Of a DNA stretch of 64,000 nucleotides, positions 6,923 through 17,525 are shown piece by piece; the stretch's first letter is position 1; each line of letters begins with the position of its first letter. The stretch covers positions 1,632,001-1,696,000 of the forward strand of contig OZ241981.1 of NCBI GenBank assembly GCA_965204345.1. The letters are read 5' to 3'. The notes under the pieces were generated by a model. It was given only the letters and a program-made list of their open reading frames with translations, did not search any database and was not told the origin of the DNA. The position numbers were made by a program, and so were the translations under genes. The stretch is from Nitrosopumilus sp. Its GTDB lineage: Archaea > Thermoproteota > Nitrososphaeria > Nitrososphaerales > Nitrosopumilaceae.

Positions 6923-9793
6923 TTACTCGACTAAAATTGCAGGTTTGTATGGCCTTGCATGCCTCGCTTTCCCCTTTGGATCATAGATGTCGTCATCTGA
7001 TTTGGCGTATACTGCAATGTCTGCGCCAAATTCCTTGCTTCCGATACTTGATAGTTCTTTAGACAGGAATTCCTTCTCATCAAACGAGTTGGATTGAATC
7101 CTCATCTGTTTGATCTCTTCGGACTCTGAGTGCAGATCCTTGATTACCTTTTGTACATAGTCCGGCATTTTTTTAGCATCTGCTGTTTGAGGATCTGCAA
7201 TAAGCTCCCTCATTACTATACCCATGTTGTTCTGACCTGCTGCCATCATCTCTAGTACCCTGTGATATATCCTGCCTTTCACGGGATCTGAATTTACATA
7301 TATTACAATTTTTTTCGGAGTAATCTTTGTAACCCTGAGAATATTTGCAATATCGCCTATAGTTGACTTGAGTAATTCCTCGGATTGGACTGATGTGGCA
7401 TCCATCTTTTCTTTGGAGAACCTGGGCCACTCTGATCTTGACACTAATCCTGTCTGTCCAAGTTCCTCCCACATCTCCTCAGATATGTGCGGTGCAAACG
7501 GGGATAACATTGCAACCCGGATTGAGCTGATATGGTGCAATATTCCTGCTGTGTCTGCCCTTTCTTTGGCCTGTACTCTCTTGCGATACCAGCTCAGCTC
7601 AGATTCAAACGTAAACAAAATCCCATGCAGCGCCTCACGCAATCTCATTTTTTCAACGGCCTCTGTAACTTGCTTTATCATGCTTTGAGTCTTTGATAAA
7701 ATCCACCTGTCTTCGGCTTGCAGCTCCCCTGGGATGATATCCTTTTTGAGACCGGAGCACTCTTCAAGCAATGACTCTAGCTTGCCTTGAATCCCTGATA
7801 CGGATTCCATGTTAAAATCAGCGTCTTGAAGCAGTTCTGCTGATGAAATAATTGACAGCCTGATTGGATCTGCGCCGTGATCCCTTACTGCGATTCTTAA
7901 CGGTATGATGTTTCCCATGCTCTTGCTCATCTTGGCACCGTCCATCATAACGCTCCCATTGACTACAATTTCTTGCGGCCATAATTTCTCATCAAAAATT
8001 GCCACGTGATTTAAGACAAAAAATGACAGATGGTTTTGCACCAAATCTCTGCCCGAATGTCTGGAATCAACCGGATAAAAATATTCAAATTCCTTTTTCA
8101 TTGTATCTATAATATTCTCATGCAGCTTTGATGTACCGGAGGCCAGCCCCGCATCTCCCTTGCCCAGTAATACATAGTCAAAGAATTCCCGAGTCAGGTT
8201 CTCCGGCCTTACAGTTCCATCATTTACAAATCGTGAAATTGTATAGTATGCCATGTAAATTACACTGTCTGATAATGACTCTACGATCCAGTCGTTGTCC
8301 CATGGCAGCTTTGTTCCCAGTCCCTGCTGTCTTGCACAGGCCCGCTCATGCAGCCAGTCAACAACCTCGTTGAATTCTGTTTGGATGTTGCTTGGCAAAA
8401 TATTCATCTTCTCAAAACAGTTGCGAGCAAGCTCCTTCCATTTTGCGTCTCCGTAATCCAAAAACCATTGGTTGTTTAATACCTTGACAACACATTCTGC
8501 ACCGCATCTGCAGTGTACCGGGGCATTCTCAAGTACCGGAAATTTCTCTAGGTGTCTATTTTCTTGCAGCCACGCCCTAATCTTCTCTCGTCCAAACCTG
8601 ACCCTTTCATTGCTGAATTTGCCGCATTTTTCATTTAATCTTCCCTCTGCAAACTCCTTGAGATACAGTTCCTTTGTAGCCTCTTCCAGCTTGGAATCTG
8701 TTTGGTCTGAGACTCTTAATTTCTCACAAATCTGCTTTGCAGGAAACTTGCCATATTCCTCTGTAACTATGATGGGAACAGGCTCAATTTTGAGTGCCAG
8801 TTCGTTGTTTTTGGCCTTCAAGTCCATCAACGCCTGATAATCCTTGGGGGCATGGGCAGGCACTGACATTACAAGGCCCGTTCCCATTCCGGGCTCTACA
8901 AATTCGGCAGGCAAAATTGGGATTTTCTGTCCAGCGTGATCTGTCGCACTCCTTCCGGCAATCTCTGCACCTGAAATGTCTCCGATTATTTTGACCTGTT
9001 TTTCAAAGAATTTTATCTTGTGTGCGCATTCTTCTGAGACTATCCATGTCTCACTGTCAACTGATGCTTTTTTGTATGTGACATTTGGGTTGACCCACAA
9101 ATTTGTAACCCCAAATACTGTCTCAGGCCGCAGTGTTGTAACCGGGAAAATGAACTTGCCAAATGAAAACTTTACAAGAAAGTTCTTATCGTCAATCTTT
9201 GGCTCTACATCCCCCATTGTATCGTGCTGTGATACTGGGTTTTGATCAGCAGGACACCATCCTACCGGGTGACTACCTTGAATGATTCTGCCCTTCTCTT
9301 TTAGGGTGGTAATCTGCCACTCGATAAATTTCTGATAACCTGGAACTATGGTGGTAAACTCTCGCCTCCAGTCAATGGAATAGCCCATCTCTATCATTCC
9401 TGATTTTATTTCCTCATGAAAATAGTCTGCAATCTTAATTGGATCAACAAACGTCTTGATGTCCTCTTCTGGAACATGATACGTGTTTCTTAGCCCGTCA
9501 AGGATCTCCTTTTCTCCGGCCTGAATTCTTTTTGCCATCCCTAGTATCGGGGTACCAGTATAATGAAATCCCATCGGGAACAGCACGTTGTATCCCCGCA
9601 TTCGATAAAACCTTGCATGCACATCAGCTAGCGTGTATGTCCTTCCATGTCCGATATGCTGTGGAGAATTCGGATATGGGTATGCCACTGTAATGAATTT
9701 TTTTGGTTTTTCGTTTGGATTTGTCTCAAAGTCTCTTGATTCGACCCATTTTTTACGCCATTTTGCTTCTATTTCATTCCAGTTTACTGTCAT
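6923..9793 (-). CDS. leuS: Leucine--tRNA ligase
   Basis: HIGH and KMSKS motifs, TTLRPET editing domain, archaeal C-terminus ARPYKPAILVE. Confidence 0.97.
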   Translation of the reverse strand: MTVNWNEIEAKWRKKWVESRDFETNPNEKPKKFITVAYPYPNSPQHIGHGRTYTLADVHARFYRMRGYNVLFPMGFHYTGTPILGMAKRIQAGEKEILDGLRNTYHVPEEDIKTFVDPIKIADYFHEEIKSGMIEMGYSIDWRREFTTIVPGYQKFIEWQITTLKEKGRIIQGSHPVGWCPADQNPVSQHDTMGDVEPKIDDKNFLVKFSFGKFIFPVTTLRPETVFGVTNLWVNPNVTYKKASVDSETWIVSEECAHKIKFFEKQVKIIGDISGAEIAGRSATDHAGQKIPILPAEFVEPGMGTGLVMSVPAHAPKDYQALMDLKAKNNELALKIEPVPIIVTEEYGKFPAKQICEKLRVSDQTDSKLEEATKELYLKEFAEGRLNEKCGKFSNERVRFGREKIRAWLQENRHLEKFPVLENAPVHCRCGAECVVKVLNNQWFLDYGDAKWKELARNCFEKMNILPSNIQTEFNEVVDWLHERACARQQGLGTKLPWDNDWIVESLSDSVIYMAYYTISRFVNDGTVRPENLTREFFDYVLLGKGDAGLASGTSKLHENIIDTMKKEFEYFYPVDSRHSGRDLVQNHLSFFVLNHVAIFDEKLWPQEIVVNGSVMMDGAKMSKSMGNIIPLRIAVRDHGADPIRLSIISSAELLQDADFNMESVSGIQGKLESLLEECSGLKKDIIPGELQAEDRWILSKTQSMIKQVTEAVEKMRLREALHGILFTFESELSWYRKRVQAKERADTAGILHHISSIRVAMLSPFAPHISEEMWEELGQTGLVSRSEWPRFSKEKMDATSVQSEELLKSTIGDIANILRVTKITPKKIVIYVNSDPVKGRIYHRVLEMMAAGQNNMGIVMRELIADPQTADAKKMPDYVQKVIKDLHSESEEIKQMRIQSNSFDEKEFLSKELSSIGSKEFGADIAVYAKSDDDIYDPKGKARHARPYKPAILVE

Positions 9794-9796
9794 GTA

Positions 9797-12475
9797 TCAT
9801 TCATTCCCAAAAATCATTGATTTTGCCCTGGCTATTACCTCGTCTTTTTTAGATGTGTCTTTTCCCCCGCCTTGGGCAAGTTTTGCATCGCCACCGCCAA
9901 AGCCGCCAAGGATTGCAGCAATCTCCCTGGCTATCTCCCCTGCATTGACGCCTGACTCCTCACCTGCAAATATCACTACACGTATTGTGGGACCGGATTC
10001 ATAGATTCCGCAAAATGCGGCTTTGCTGTCTTTGGCAACTAGCTTCTTGCCAAAGTTTTGAATAAAACGCTCATCATAATTCTCACTTGACGTAAAACAA
10101 ATCCTGTTATTTACTGTCATTCCCTCCAACTCCCCTGATTCCCCCGCCAGGATCTTTTCTAACAAAATTGGAATTTGCTCTCTTGCCCTTTGCTTGCTTT
10201 CATTGCGTTCTCTTACCACGGCTTCCCTTGCAACATTCTCAGCAGACTGCTTCTTTGACTCTTCTTCTTGGTCCCTAACATACTGGAATGCAGTCGGACC
10301 TGACACAAACTCTATGCGAACCACTCCGTCTTGAATTCTTTTTGTCTTTGTAATTTTGATCAGCTCTATCTCCCCTGTCTTCTTTACATGCGTTCCGCCA
10401 CAAGCCTCAATGTCCTTATCCTCAATTGACACAATGCGTACTGACTTTACCGGAACGACACCCCCCTGATAGATTCTAAACCCGTATTTCTGTTCTGCTG
10501 TCCCCCTGTCATAGTAGTCAATGCTTACTTGGTGATCCTCTTTTATCATCTGATTGGCAGCATCCTCAATCTGTTTTACTTGCTCCTCAGTCAGTGAGGA
10601 GTGATGTGTGATGTCCAGTCTGGCATGGTCATCGTCTTTGAACGCAGAGTGCTGCCAAACCCATGAACCTAGTACTGCCCTTGATGATGCATTGATTATG
10701 TGGGTGCTGGTATGATTTTTTGTAATGTTTGCACGCCTTGTCTCATCGACTTTGCAAAGTACCGTTTCCCCTTTTTTTGGAACTCCGCCTTTTAGCTGAT
10801 GAACAATAATGTCTGCGTGCTTGTCCACATTAACCACACTATACCCTGCAATGCTTCCATGGTCCGGCTCTTGTCCTCCCCCTCTTGCATAAAACGAGGT
10901 CCTATCTAGTACCACCTGATCATCGAAGACCTTGATTACCTTGGCCTCAAACTCCATTGGGTCATCCCTGTAAAACAATGTCTCAGTCTCAGGCAATTCC
11001 TCAAGTGAAAGATTGGCTGTTGCCTCTTTCTTTTCAGACTGGTGCAAGTCTGAGAGCTTTGAGTAAAATTGTGAGGGAATCTCACTAATTGCATCCACCT
11101 CCTTGAGGTATTCAGGAGTAATTCCGTCTGACTCGTACAGCGTGATAAGCTGCTCCACTGAGGGTGCTCCTCCTCCCTGACGGATTTTCTCAGCCTTTTT
11201 CTTCATGTGAACTCTGGATTCCTCGTATCTTGCTGATTCTATCTTGAGTATTGTCTTGACATCCCCTCGTTTCTCATCTAGCTCAGGATAGACGTCTCTG
11301 AGATAATCAATGTGGGAATCAACTAGCTCATCCATGTCCAGCTTTAGATTCAGCCGGTTAACTGTTCCATTAATTCTTCGCAGCATCATTCTAAGATTGT
11401 ATCCCCCGCCAACATTGCTTGGCAGTGCACCATCCGTAATTGCAAAGATTAGGGTTCTCAAATGGTCTGCAATAAGGTACACCCCCTCAAGCGGCGTGAT
11501 CATTTTGTCTAGCTGGGAATCCGTAATCCCCGCCTTTCTTATTGCAAGGCGTCTTACCTCGTTGAGGTCATCTGAATCATTGATCCCTTTTGCAATCTCT
11601 GTAAAGTATCTCTTTAAAATTTCCGAATCCGAATCAATTCCGATAATGCCAAATAGTTTTTGATTGATTGGGCCAAAGCAGCAGTCATATGCAGTGGGCG
11701 TCCCCATGGTAATCCACGCAAATCTCTCAAGGCCTGCACCCATGTCAATGACTCGCTGGTCCAAAGTCGTGTGTTGCCCTAGTTCTCCCTGAAACTCTGT
11801 AAACACTGCATTTCCTAATTCCAGTCCCCTGACAAAATATTCCAATGACGGGCCAAAAGAACCGCCGCCTGCCCAGACGTCTTCCACAAAGACAACTTCC
11901 TCTTCTTTAATTCCAAACTGGTCTGTTAGTAACTTATAGTCCAAGTCAACACATTCATCCTTCCAGTATCCTCCCAGGTCCGGAACACTGTGCTGTCCTA
12001 TCATGCAAAAACTTGAAAAATGCCGACCTGTGACTCCGACATTCTCCAAGTCCTTAAAGCGCAGGCAGGTTTGCGGAACTACCAATGGGTTTGCGGGAAA
12101 CTCAAAGACTACCTTGCTTCCCATCACCCTTTGAAAGTCAACAACTGATGCAATTGTAAAAAACAAATCATCCCGCCACCTGCACACAACCGGATATCTG
12201 CTTACGGAGGTGTGGTTGTTTTTTACAAAAAATTCCTCTACCTGCTTCCATGACTGAGTATAGTCAAATCTTTTATCCGTAGGCGGCTCGCCGATGAATG
12301 AATAGGTGTCGGTCCCATCCTCGGGACACAGGACTCTGTCTGCATTTAGGGTCCAAAAGAACCTGCCACACTTGGCACATGATCTTCTGACAAATCCCTG
12401 CTCTTGGAACAGCTTGACATTATAGTACTTGTCAGGATCTGCTGAAAATTCTTTTAGAATCTCTCTTTTATCCAA
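9797..12475 (-). CDS. alaS: Alanine--tRNA ligase
   Basis: IDMGAGLER, editing HTSTH...CGGTHV, C-terminal GGG..AQGGG. Confidence 0.97.
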   Translation of the reverse strand: MDKREILKEFSADPDKYYNVKLFQEQGFVRRSCAKCGRFFWTLNADRVLCPEDGTDTYSFIGEPPTDKRFDYTQSWKQVEEFFVKNNHTSVSRYPVVCRWRDDLFFTIASVVDFQRVMGSKVVFEFPANPLVVPQTCLRFKDLENVGVTGRHFSSFCMIGQHSVPDLGGYWKDECVDLDYKLLTDQFGIKEEEVVFVEDVWAGGGSFGPSLEYFVRGLELGNAVFTEFQGELGQHTTLDQRVIDMGAGLERFAWITMGTPTAYDCCFGPINQKLFGIIGIDSDSEILKRYFTEIAKGINDSDDLNEVRRLAIRKAGITDSQLDKMITPLEGVYLIADHLRTLIFAITDGALPSNVGGGYNLRMMLRRINGTVNRLNLKLDMDELVDSHIDYLRDVYPELDEKRGDVKTILKIESARYEESRVHMKKKAEKIRQGGGAPSVEQLITLYESDGITPEYLKEVDAISEIPSQFYSKLSDLHQSEKKEATANLSLEELPETETLFYRDDPMEFEAKVIKVFDDQVVLDRTSFYARGGGQEPDHGSIAGYSVVNVDKHADIIVHQLKGGVPKKGETVLCKVDETRRANITKNHTSTHIINASSRAVLGSWVWQHSAFKDDDHARLDITHHSSLTEEQVKQIEDAANQMIKEDHQVSIDYYDRGTAEQKYGFRIYQGGVVPVKSVRIVSIEDKDIEACGGTHVKKTGEIELIKITKTKRIQDGVVRIEFVSGPTAFQYVRDQEEESKKQSAENVAREAVVRERNESKQRAREQIPILLEKILAGESGELEGMTVNNRICFTSSENYDERFIQNFGKKLVAKDSKAAFCGIYESGPTIRVVIFAGEESGVNAGEIAREIAAILGGFGGGDAKLAQGGGKDTSKKDEVIARAKSMIFGNE

Positions 12476-12783
12476 CGATCAGGCTGCTCTAATCCGATAT
12501 TAAGAATTACCGCTAACAGGCAGTCAAGCAGGTGTTCCTTTTTTTGCGTTGATTTTGTACTTGTCCTATCAAGTGAAATATTTGGAGAAAGAAAAATGGT
12601 TCTTTTGTATAGTCTAAAATCATTCTGTACTCAAGAATGATCCGGCTTTTTTCCTTGGGTGCTAAAATTTGAAAACACTTGTTTTTCTTTAACAGTCTAA
12701 TGCATTGTATAGTCTGGCCTTCACTTGCAAATAATTTTTTTTAAAAGGATCTGTTTTAGTATGTGAAAATATAACGAACTGAT

Positions 12784-15700
12784 GTGACTTTTACTCTGAA
12801 TCCTCAGCAAGACGAGGCGATACATCACGCTGATGGACCATTACAGCTAGTTGCAGGACCAGGCAGTGGAAAGACCTTTGTTCTAGTTGAAAAGGTAAAA
12901 AATCTTGTAGCCTCGGGCGTTCCGCAATCCTCTATTCTTTGTATGACTTTTACTGAAAAGGCAGCAGGAGAAATGAAACAGAGATTGGAAAAGTTTGGCA
13001 TCCTGGATTCTACGATCGCCACTTTTCATTCTTTTGCCAAGGAAGTTCTTGAAGATAATTTTGTAGAGTCCGGATTGGGGAAATTCACTAAAATCTTTAA
13101 AAAAACATCACAGCTTGTTTGGTGCATAAGAAATACCGACAGGTTTAATTTTAATTCAGACTATCTGGATGTTGGAAACAATCAAGTTAGAATCTATGCT
13201 GCAATCCTTGAGGCAATAAGCTCATACAAAGAAAAGATGATCTCACATGAAAAGCTTGCAAAATGCATTAAAGATAACCTGGAAAAATTAGAACAGTCTG
13301 ATCAGGCTGACCTGGAAGTAAAAAAACAGCTAAAGTCTTTTCATATGCTAAGCGAATTCAACAAAGTCTATACCGAGTATGAAAAATACAGGGAAGAGAA
13401 AAACCTGATTGATTTTGATGACATGGTGATCAAAGCTATTGCCCTGCTGCAAAGAGATCCCGTAGTTTTACAGCACTATCTTGACAAATTCAAGTATGTC
13501 CTAGTTGATGAATTTCAGGATAATAATTTCTCTCAACTAAAACTGGTAAAAATTTTGGGTTCTGGAAAAAATGTTACAGTTGTTGGCGATGATGATCAAT
13601 GCATAATGAGATTCCAAGGTGCATTCTTTGGAATCTTCAAGGATTTTCAAACTAGTTTTTCTGACTTTAAACGAATCGAATTAAGTAGAAACTATCGCAG
13701 TACTAAAAATATTGTTAATCTTGCAAGCCAGCTCTTGGAGCCAATTACCGCAAGAGAATCAAAGTCCCTCTTTTCTAAAGAGGAAGACGGCGAGCTTGTG
13801 CGCGTGATCACCACTCCTACTGACAGAGGCGAGGTTGAATTTGTTGCAAAGAGGGTACGAGAGCTGCTTGGCAAACCCCTAAGGAGACGGGATGGAAGCA
13901 CATCTCCAATAACTTACAGGGATATTGCAATTTTATCTAGAAGAAAAATAGAAGGCCAGCAGTTTACAAAGATACTGCGCTCATTTGGAATTCCGGCCAC
14001 GTTTGTTGGCGGGATTAACATCTTTACTAGTCCAATAATCTTAGATCTTGTTTCATATTTGAAAATTGCAAATTCTCCTACCACCTCCGGTGCGGAAATT
14101 TACCGATTGCTGAAAAATCATGGAATATCTGAGCAAAACATTGCCGTGCTGACAAATGCTGCCCATAAGAGAGCAAGATATGTCTATGAAGGCAGTCAGG
14201 ATTTTGTTTTAGATACGATTAGAAATTTTAATCGCTTTGATATAACGCAAAAATCTGAGATCTCTGAGTTACTTGAACAAATCGACAAAGTAATTGATAT
14301 AACAAGTCATGCGACAACAAGCGAACTAGTCTACAGAATAATGTTTAACATTTCTGATCTGTATAAAAAATCCATAAATTCAGAAAAGTCATTTGATAAA
14401 AAAAATATCTTATTGCTAAACAAGTTTTATGAAATTGCACAAGAATTCCAAGATCTTTACCCTACAAATCCCCTGTCTGACTTTTTAGAACACCTGTCTA
14501 TCATTGGAAATTTTGAGATTGAAATTGAAGATATTGTCATAGAAAATACTGTCAATGTCCTCACCATGCACAAAAGCAAGGGAAAGGAATTCCCAATTGT
14601 ATTTGTAACTGATTTGGCCGATGACAGGTTCCCTAGTAAATGGAAGGAACCTCTGTTTCCCATACCTGCCGAGTTGATGAAGGATACCAGCAGTACAGCT
14701 GACTCTGAACCCCTTCACATTGACGAGGAAAGACGCCTGTTTTATGTGGCCATGACTAGGGCAATGAACATGCTGTTTTTGCTATATCCTAAAAAATATG
14801 CAGGAAATGTCAATGAAAAACATCCCTCTCAGTTTCTTCGTGAATTGGATTATGAAAGCAATCCCCTAATTGAGAACATAAAGTTTGATGAATCTGAGAA
14901 TTTCAATATTGAATCCGAAGAACTAATTGAAAGAGAAAAATCCAGTTTACAGAGACAGGCAACTAGTGCAATTAACCAACAGCACCTGAGAACTGCAATA
15001 CATAGAATCATAGAATTATCCAGAATCAAACACTATGAAAAGTTTGGAAGCTTTGATGACTTTGATCCTACATCCATTCTAAAAGTTGATGTGTCTGATT
15101 TGGACTTAACATCAGATATTGTTGGCCAAAAAATGCCTCTAATCAACAAAGAGGAATTTACGCTATCCCCAAGCAGTATAAAGGCATACGATGACTGCCC
15201 GCTAAAATTTAAATTTCAAAAAATTCTCCGTGTTCCTCAACCCGCCAGTGTTGCCCTAGACCTTGGTACCGTAATTCATGCAGTAACTGAAGAGATGGCA
15301 AATGAAAAAGCTAAGGGAGAAAGCCTGTCCCGGGAGAAAGGTATCAAGAAACTAAAAGAAAAGTGGATTTTTCGTTCATATCAAAATCATACGGATGAAA
15401 ACAAGGCAATGGATAGGGCAGTTCAAATGATTGATGCATATCTAAGATGGGAGGACTCTACAAAAAACACCCTGGTTGAAACTGAGCTGTCATTTGAAGT
15501 AAAGATAGGTGAGATTACCTTTACTGGAAGAATAGACAGGCTAGAAAAAAATCCTGATGGCAAGTTTGAGATTGTTGATTTTAAATCCGGCTCTACTGTC
15601 AAATCAAAGAACAAGGCAAAAACTGATCCACAGCTAAACATTTACGCAAAAGCAATTGAGAAAATAAAGGGAGAGCTGCCAGTCAAGGCATCACTGTTTT

Positions 15701-15891
15701 ATGTTGAAAAAGACAAGATGGTGGAATATCCTGTAACTCCAGACTCTTTAAAAGATGCATTAGAGCCAATTGAGGAAATGACAAAAGAGATTCTAAAGGA
15801 GAACTTTATGCCTACGCCAAGTATGAAGGCATGCATGTATTGCCCGTATCAGAGTATCTGTGATGCTAAAATTCTTAATGAATCCATCTAG
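12784..15891 (+). CDS. UvrD/PcrA-family SF1 helicase fused to a C-terminal RecB-like PD-(D/E)XK nuclease with putative Fe-S cysteines
   Basis: AGPGSGKT, VDEFQD, VGDDDQ, NYRS, TMHKSKGKEF, EERRLFYVAMTRA; C-terminal CPLKF, GRIDRL, DFKSG, QLNIY, CMYCPYQSIC. Confidence 0.92.
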   Translation: MTFTLNPQQDEAIHHADGPLQLVAGPGSGKTFVLVEKVKNLVASGVPQSSILCMTFTEKAAGEMKQRLEKFGILDSTIATFHSFAKEVLEDNFVESGLGKFTKIFKKTSQLVWCIRNTDRFNFNSDYLDVGNNQVRIYAAILEAISSYKEKMISHEKLAKCIKDNLEKLEQSDQADLEVKKQLKSFHMLSEFNKVYTEYEKYREEKNLIDFDDMVIKAIALLQRDPVVLQHYLDKFKYVLVDEFQDNNFSQLKLVKILGSGKNVTVVGDDDQCIMRFQGAFFGIFKDFQTSFSDFKRIELSRNYRSTKNIVNLASQLLEPITARESKSLFSKEEDGELVRVITTPTDRGEVEFVAKRVRELLGKPLRRRDGSTSPITYRDIAILSRRKIEGQQFTKILRSFGIPATFVGGINIFTSPIILDLVSYLKIANSPTTSGAEIYRLLKNHGISEQNIAVLTNAAHKRARYVYEGSQDFVLDTIRNFNRFDITQKSEISELLEQIDKVIDITSHATTSELVYRIMFNISDLYKKSINSEKSFDKKNILLLNKFYEIAQEFQDLYPTNPLSDFLEHLSIIGNFEIEIEDIVIENTVNVLTMHKSKGKEFPIVFVTDLADDRFPSKWKEPLFPIPAELMKDTSSTADSEPLHIDEERRLFYVAMTRAMNMLFLLYPKKYAGNVNEKHPSQFLRELDYESNPLIENIKFDESENFNIESEELIEREKSSLQRQATSAINQQHLRTAIHRIIELSRIKHYEKFGSFDDFDPTSILKVDVSDLDLTSDIVGQKMPLINKEEFTLSPSSIKAYDDCPLKFKFQKILRVPQPASVALDLGTVIHAVTEEMANEKAKGESLSREKGIKKLKEKWIFRSYQNHTDENKAMDRAVQMIDAYLRWEDSTKNTLVETELSFEVKIGEITFTGRIDRLEKNPDGKFEIVDFKSGSTVKSKNKAKTDPQLNIYAKAIEKIKGELPVKASLFYVEKDKMVEYPVTPDSLKDALEPIEEMTKEILKENFMPTPSMKACMYCPYQSICDAKILNESI

Positions 15892-16600
15892 TCCTGCTAT
15901 CAGTTTCACTCACAGGCTCTGTGTCCATTGTTGCTATCTGTCTGTCCATTTTCATGAGAAAAGTCTTTTGCAAATCTATTGTAGATAGGCTAATTATTAC
16001 ATCTAATGAGGCTTGTATTTTTCTGTGTGTTTTATTGGAATGTTTACTATGTGTAGTTAATTTTAAATAAAATTTGGAATCTGGTTACTCTTTCCAAAAT
16101 GCTCGCTTTAGAATTTCTTGATTAATCTTATTTTTTCTTGGTGATTTTATCGTTATATTATAGGAATATGCTAAAACTGACTCAGGTTCTTTTCTAATTT
16201 TTTAATAATCTACTTTGTCATATGCAAGCTTATCACTTTGTGTCTCTTCTTTGCAGGGAAATTAAATGAATTTTGTCCTGATTTCACAGCGTATGCCGAA
16301 TTTTATCACCAGTTTCTACTGCAACATCAGTTCCTTACTTGGAGACACTGAAGACCTCCGGAAATCCGTTTTGCAATAAGTTACAGAATCGGTCTCCAAA
16401 AATGGTTTCAACTGATGATCAAATATGTGTAAAAAGAATTTGTTCTATAATTTCTGATGCTTTTTCTGTATCAGACACTCTAAACAAATATGTAGATTTT
16501 TTCTCCTAAGAAGTGTTTTTAGTTCTAATTTGTCTAGTCTTTGTAATCTGTTTTGATAAAAATTATTTGAACAGTTTGAAATTAGTTTTTCTAGATTATA
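15890..16600 (-). pseudogene. Degraded type II restriction endonuclease (PmeII-family-like)
   Basis: Fragments across frames: FYQNRLQRLDKLELKTLLRRKN, YLFRV..KASEIIEQIL..SSVETIFGD, AVKSGQN, AFW, NRFAKDF; multiple stops and frameshifts; directly downstream of the DNA methyltransferase. Confidence 0.65.
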
Positions 16601-16620
16601 CTATCTGGATTTGATATTTT

Positions 16621-17475
16621 TTATTTTCTTTTTTTGTTTACTTTGTTTTTTATTTGATTGGATTTTTTCCTAACTTCTTTAATTCTATTTAGCGCTGTTT
16701 TGTAATATTCTTCATGTACTTCTGTTCCTATAAAGTGTCGATTTAGATTAATTGCTGCCAATGCTGTACTACCACTTCCCATGAATGGATCTAATACCAA
16801 ATCTTTCTCTTTGGTAAATAATTTGATAAACCATGTAGGTAATGCTACTGGAAATGCTGCACTATGATTAACATTTCCGCATTCTGTAGGCATGTGGATG
16901 ACGTTTGTAGGATAAACAGTATCTTTTCCTACCCAATTTGATATATTTTTACCAAAACCACTTTGAACTTTTGATTCGTCTCTAACTTTGTCTGTTTTTG
17001 ATAGTTTTTTGAGACGTTTTTCAGCCCAATCCATCATTGGAACTTTAACTGCATCCTGATTCATGTAGAATTTTTTCTGTTTAGTAAAATGAAGACATCT
17101 CTCCCATGCATCTCTGAATCTATTTGGCCATTTGCCTGGAAACGAATTTTTTTTATGCCAAATGTATTCTTCTGTCCATAGCCATCTTTGCTTTCTCATC
17201 TCTAAAATCAGTTCTAAAACATAGGTTCCTCTTTCACCGTCTATTGTTCTTTCTTTAATGTTTAAAACAAAAGATCCATCTGGCTTTAAAACTCTCCTCA
17301 ATTCTGCTGAAATTGGAAGAAACCAGTCAACATATTTTTTTGTTGGAACTCCCACATAGGTCTTCTTTCTGTTATCTGCATAAGGTGGCGAAGTAACAAT
17401 AAAGTCTACAGAATTCTTTTCTAGTTTCTTTAACATAGAAAGACAGTCTTTATGATAAATTTTATTTAGATTCAC
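16621..17475 (-). CDS. Beta-class amino (N4-C/N6-A) DNA methyltransferase
   Basis: TSPPY catalytic motif before LDPFMGSGST SAM-binding motif; H.AAFP motif. Confidence 0.93.
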   Translation of the reverse strand: MNLNKIYHKDCLSMLKKLEKNSVDFIVTSPPYADNRKKTYVGVPTKKYVDWFLPISAELRRVLKPDGSFVLNIKERTIDGERGTYVLELILEMRKQRWLWTEEYIWHKKNSFPGKWPNRFRDAWERCLHFTKQKKFYMNQDAVKVPMMDWAEKRLKKLSKTDKVRDESKVQSGFGKNISNWVGKDTVYPTNVIHMPTECGNVNHSAAFPVALPTWFIKLFTKEKDLVLDPFMGSGSTALAAINLNRHFIGTEVHEEYYKTALNRIKEVRKKSNQIKNKVNKKRK

Positions 17476-17525
17476 AGATTTTTTTTTATTTTACCTCTTT
17501 TATGTGTGGGTAATAGTATCATATG

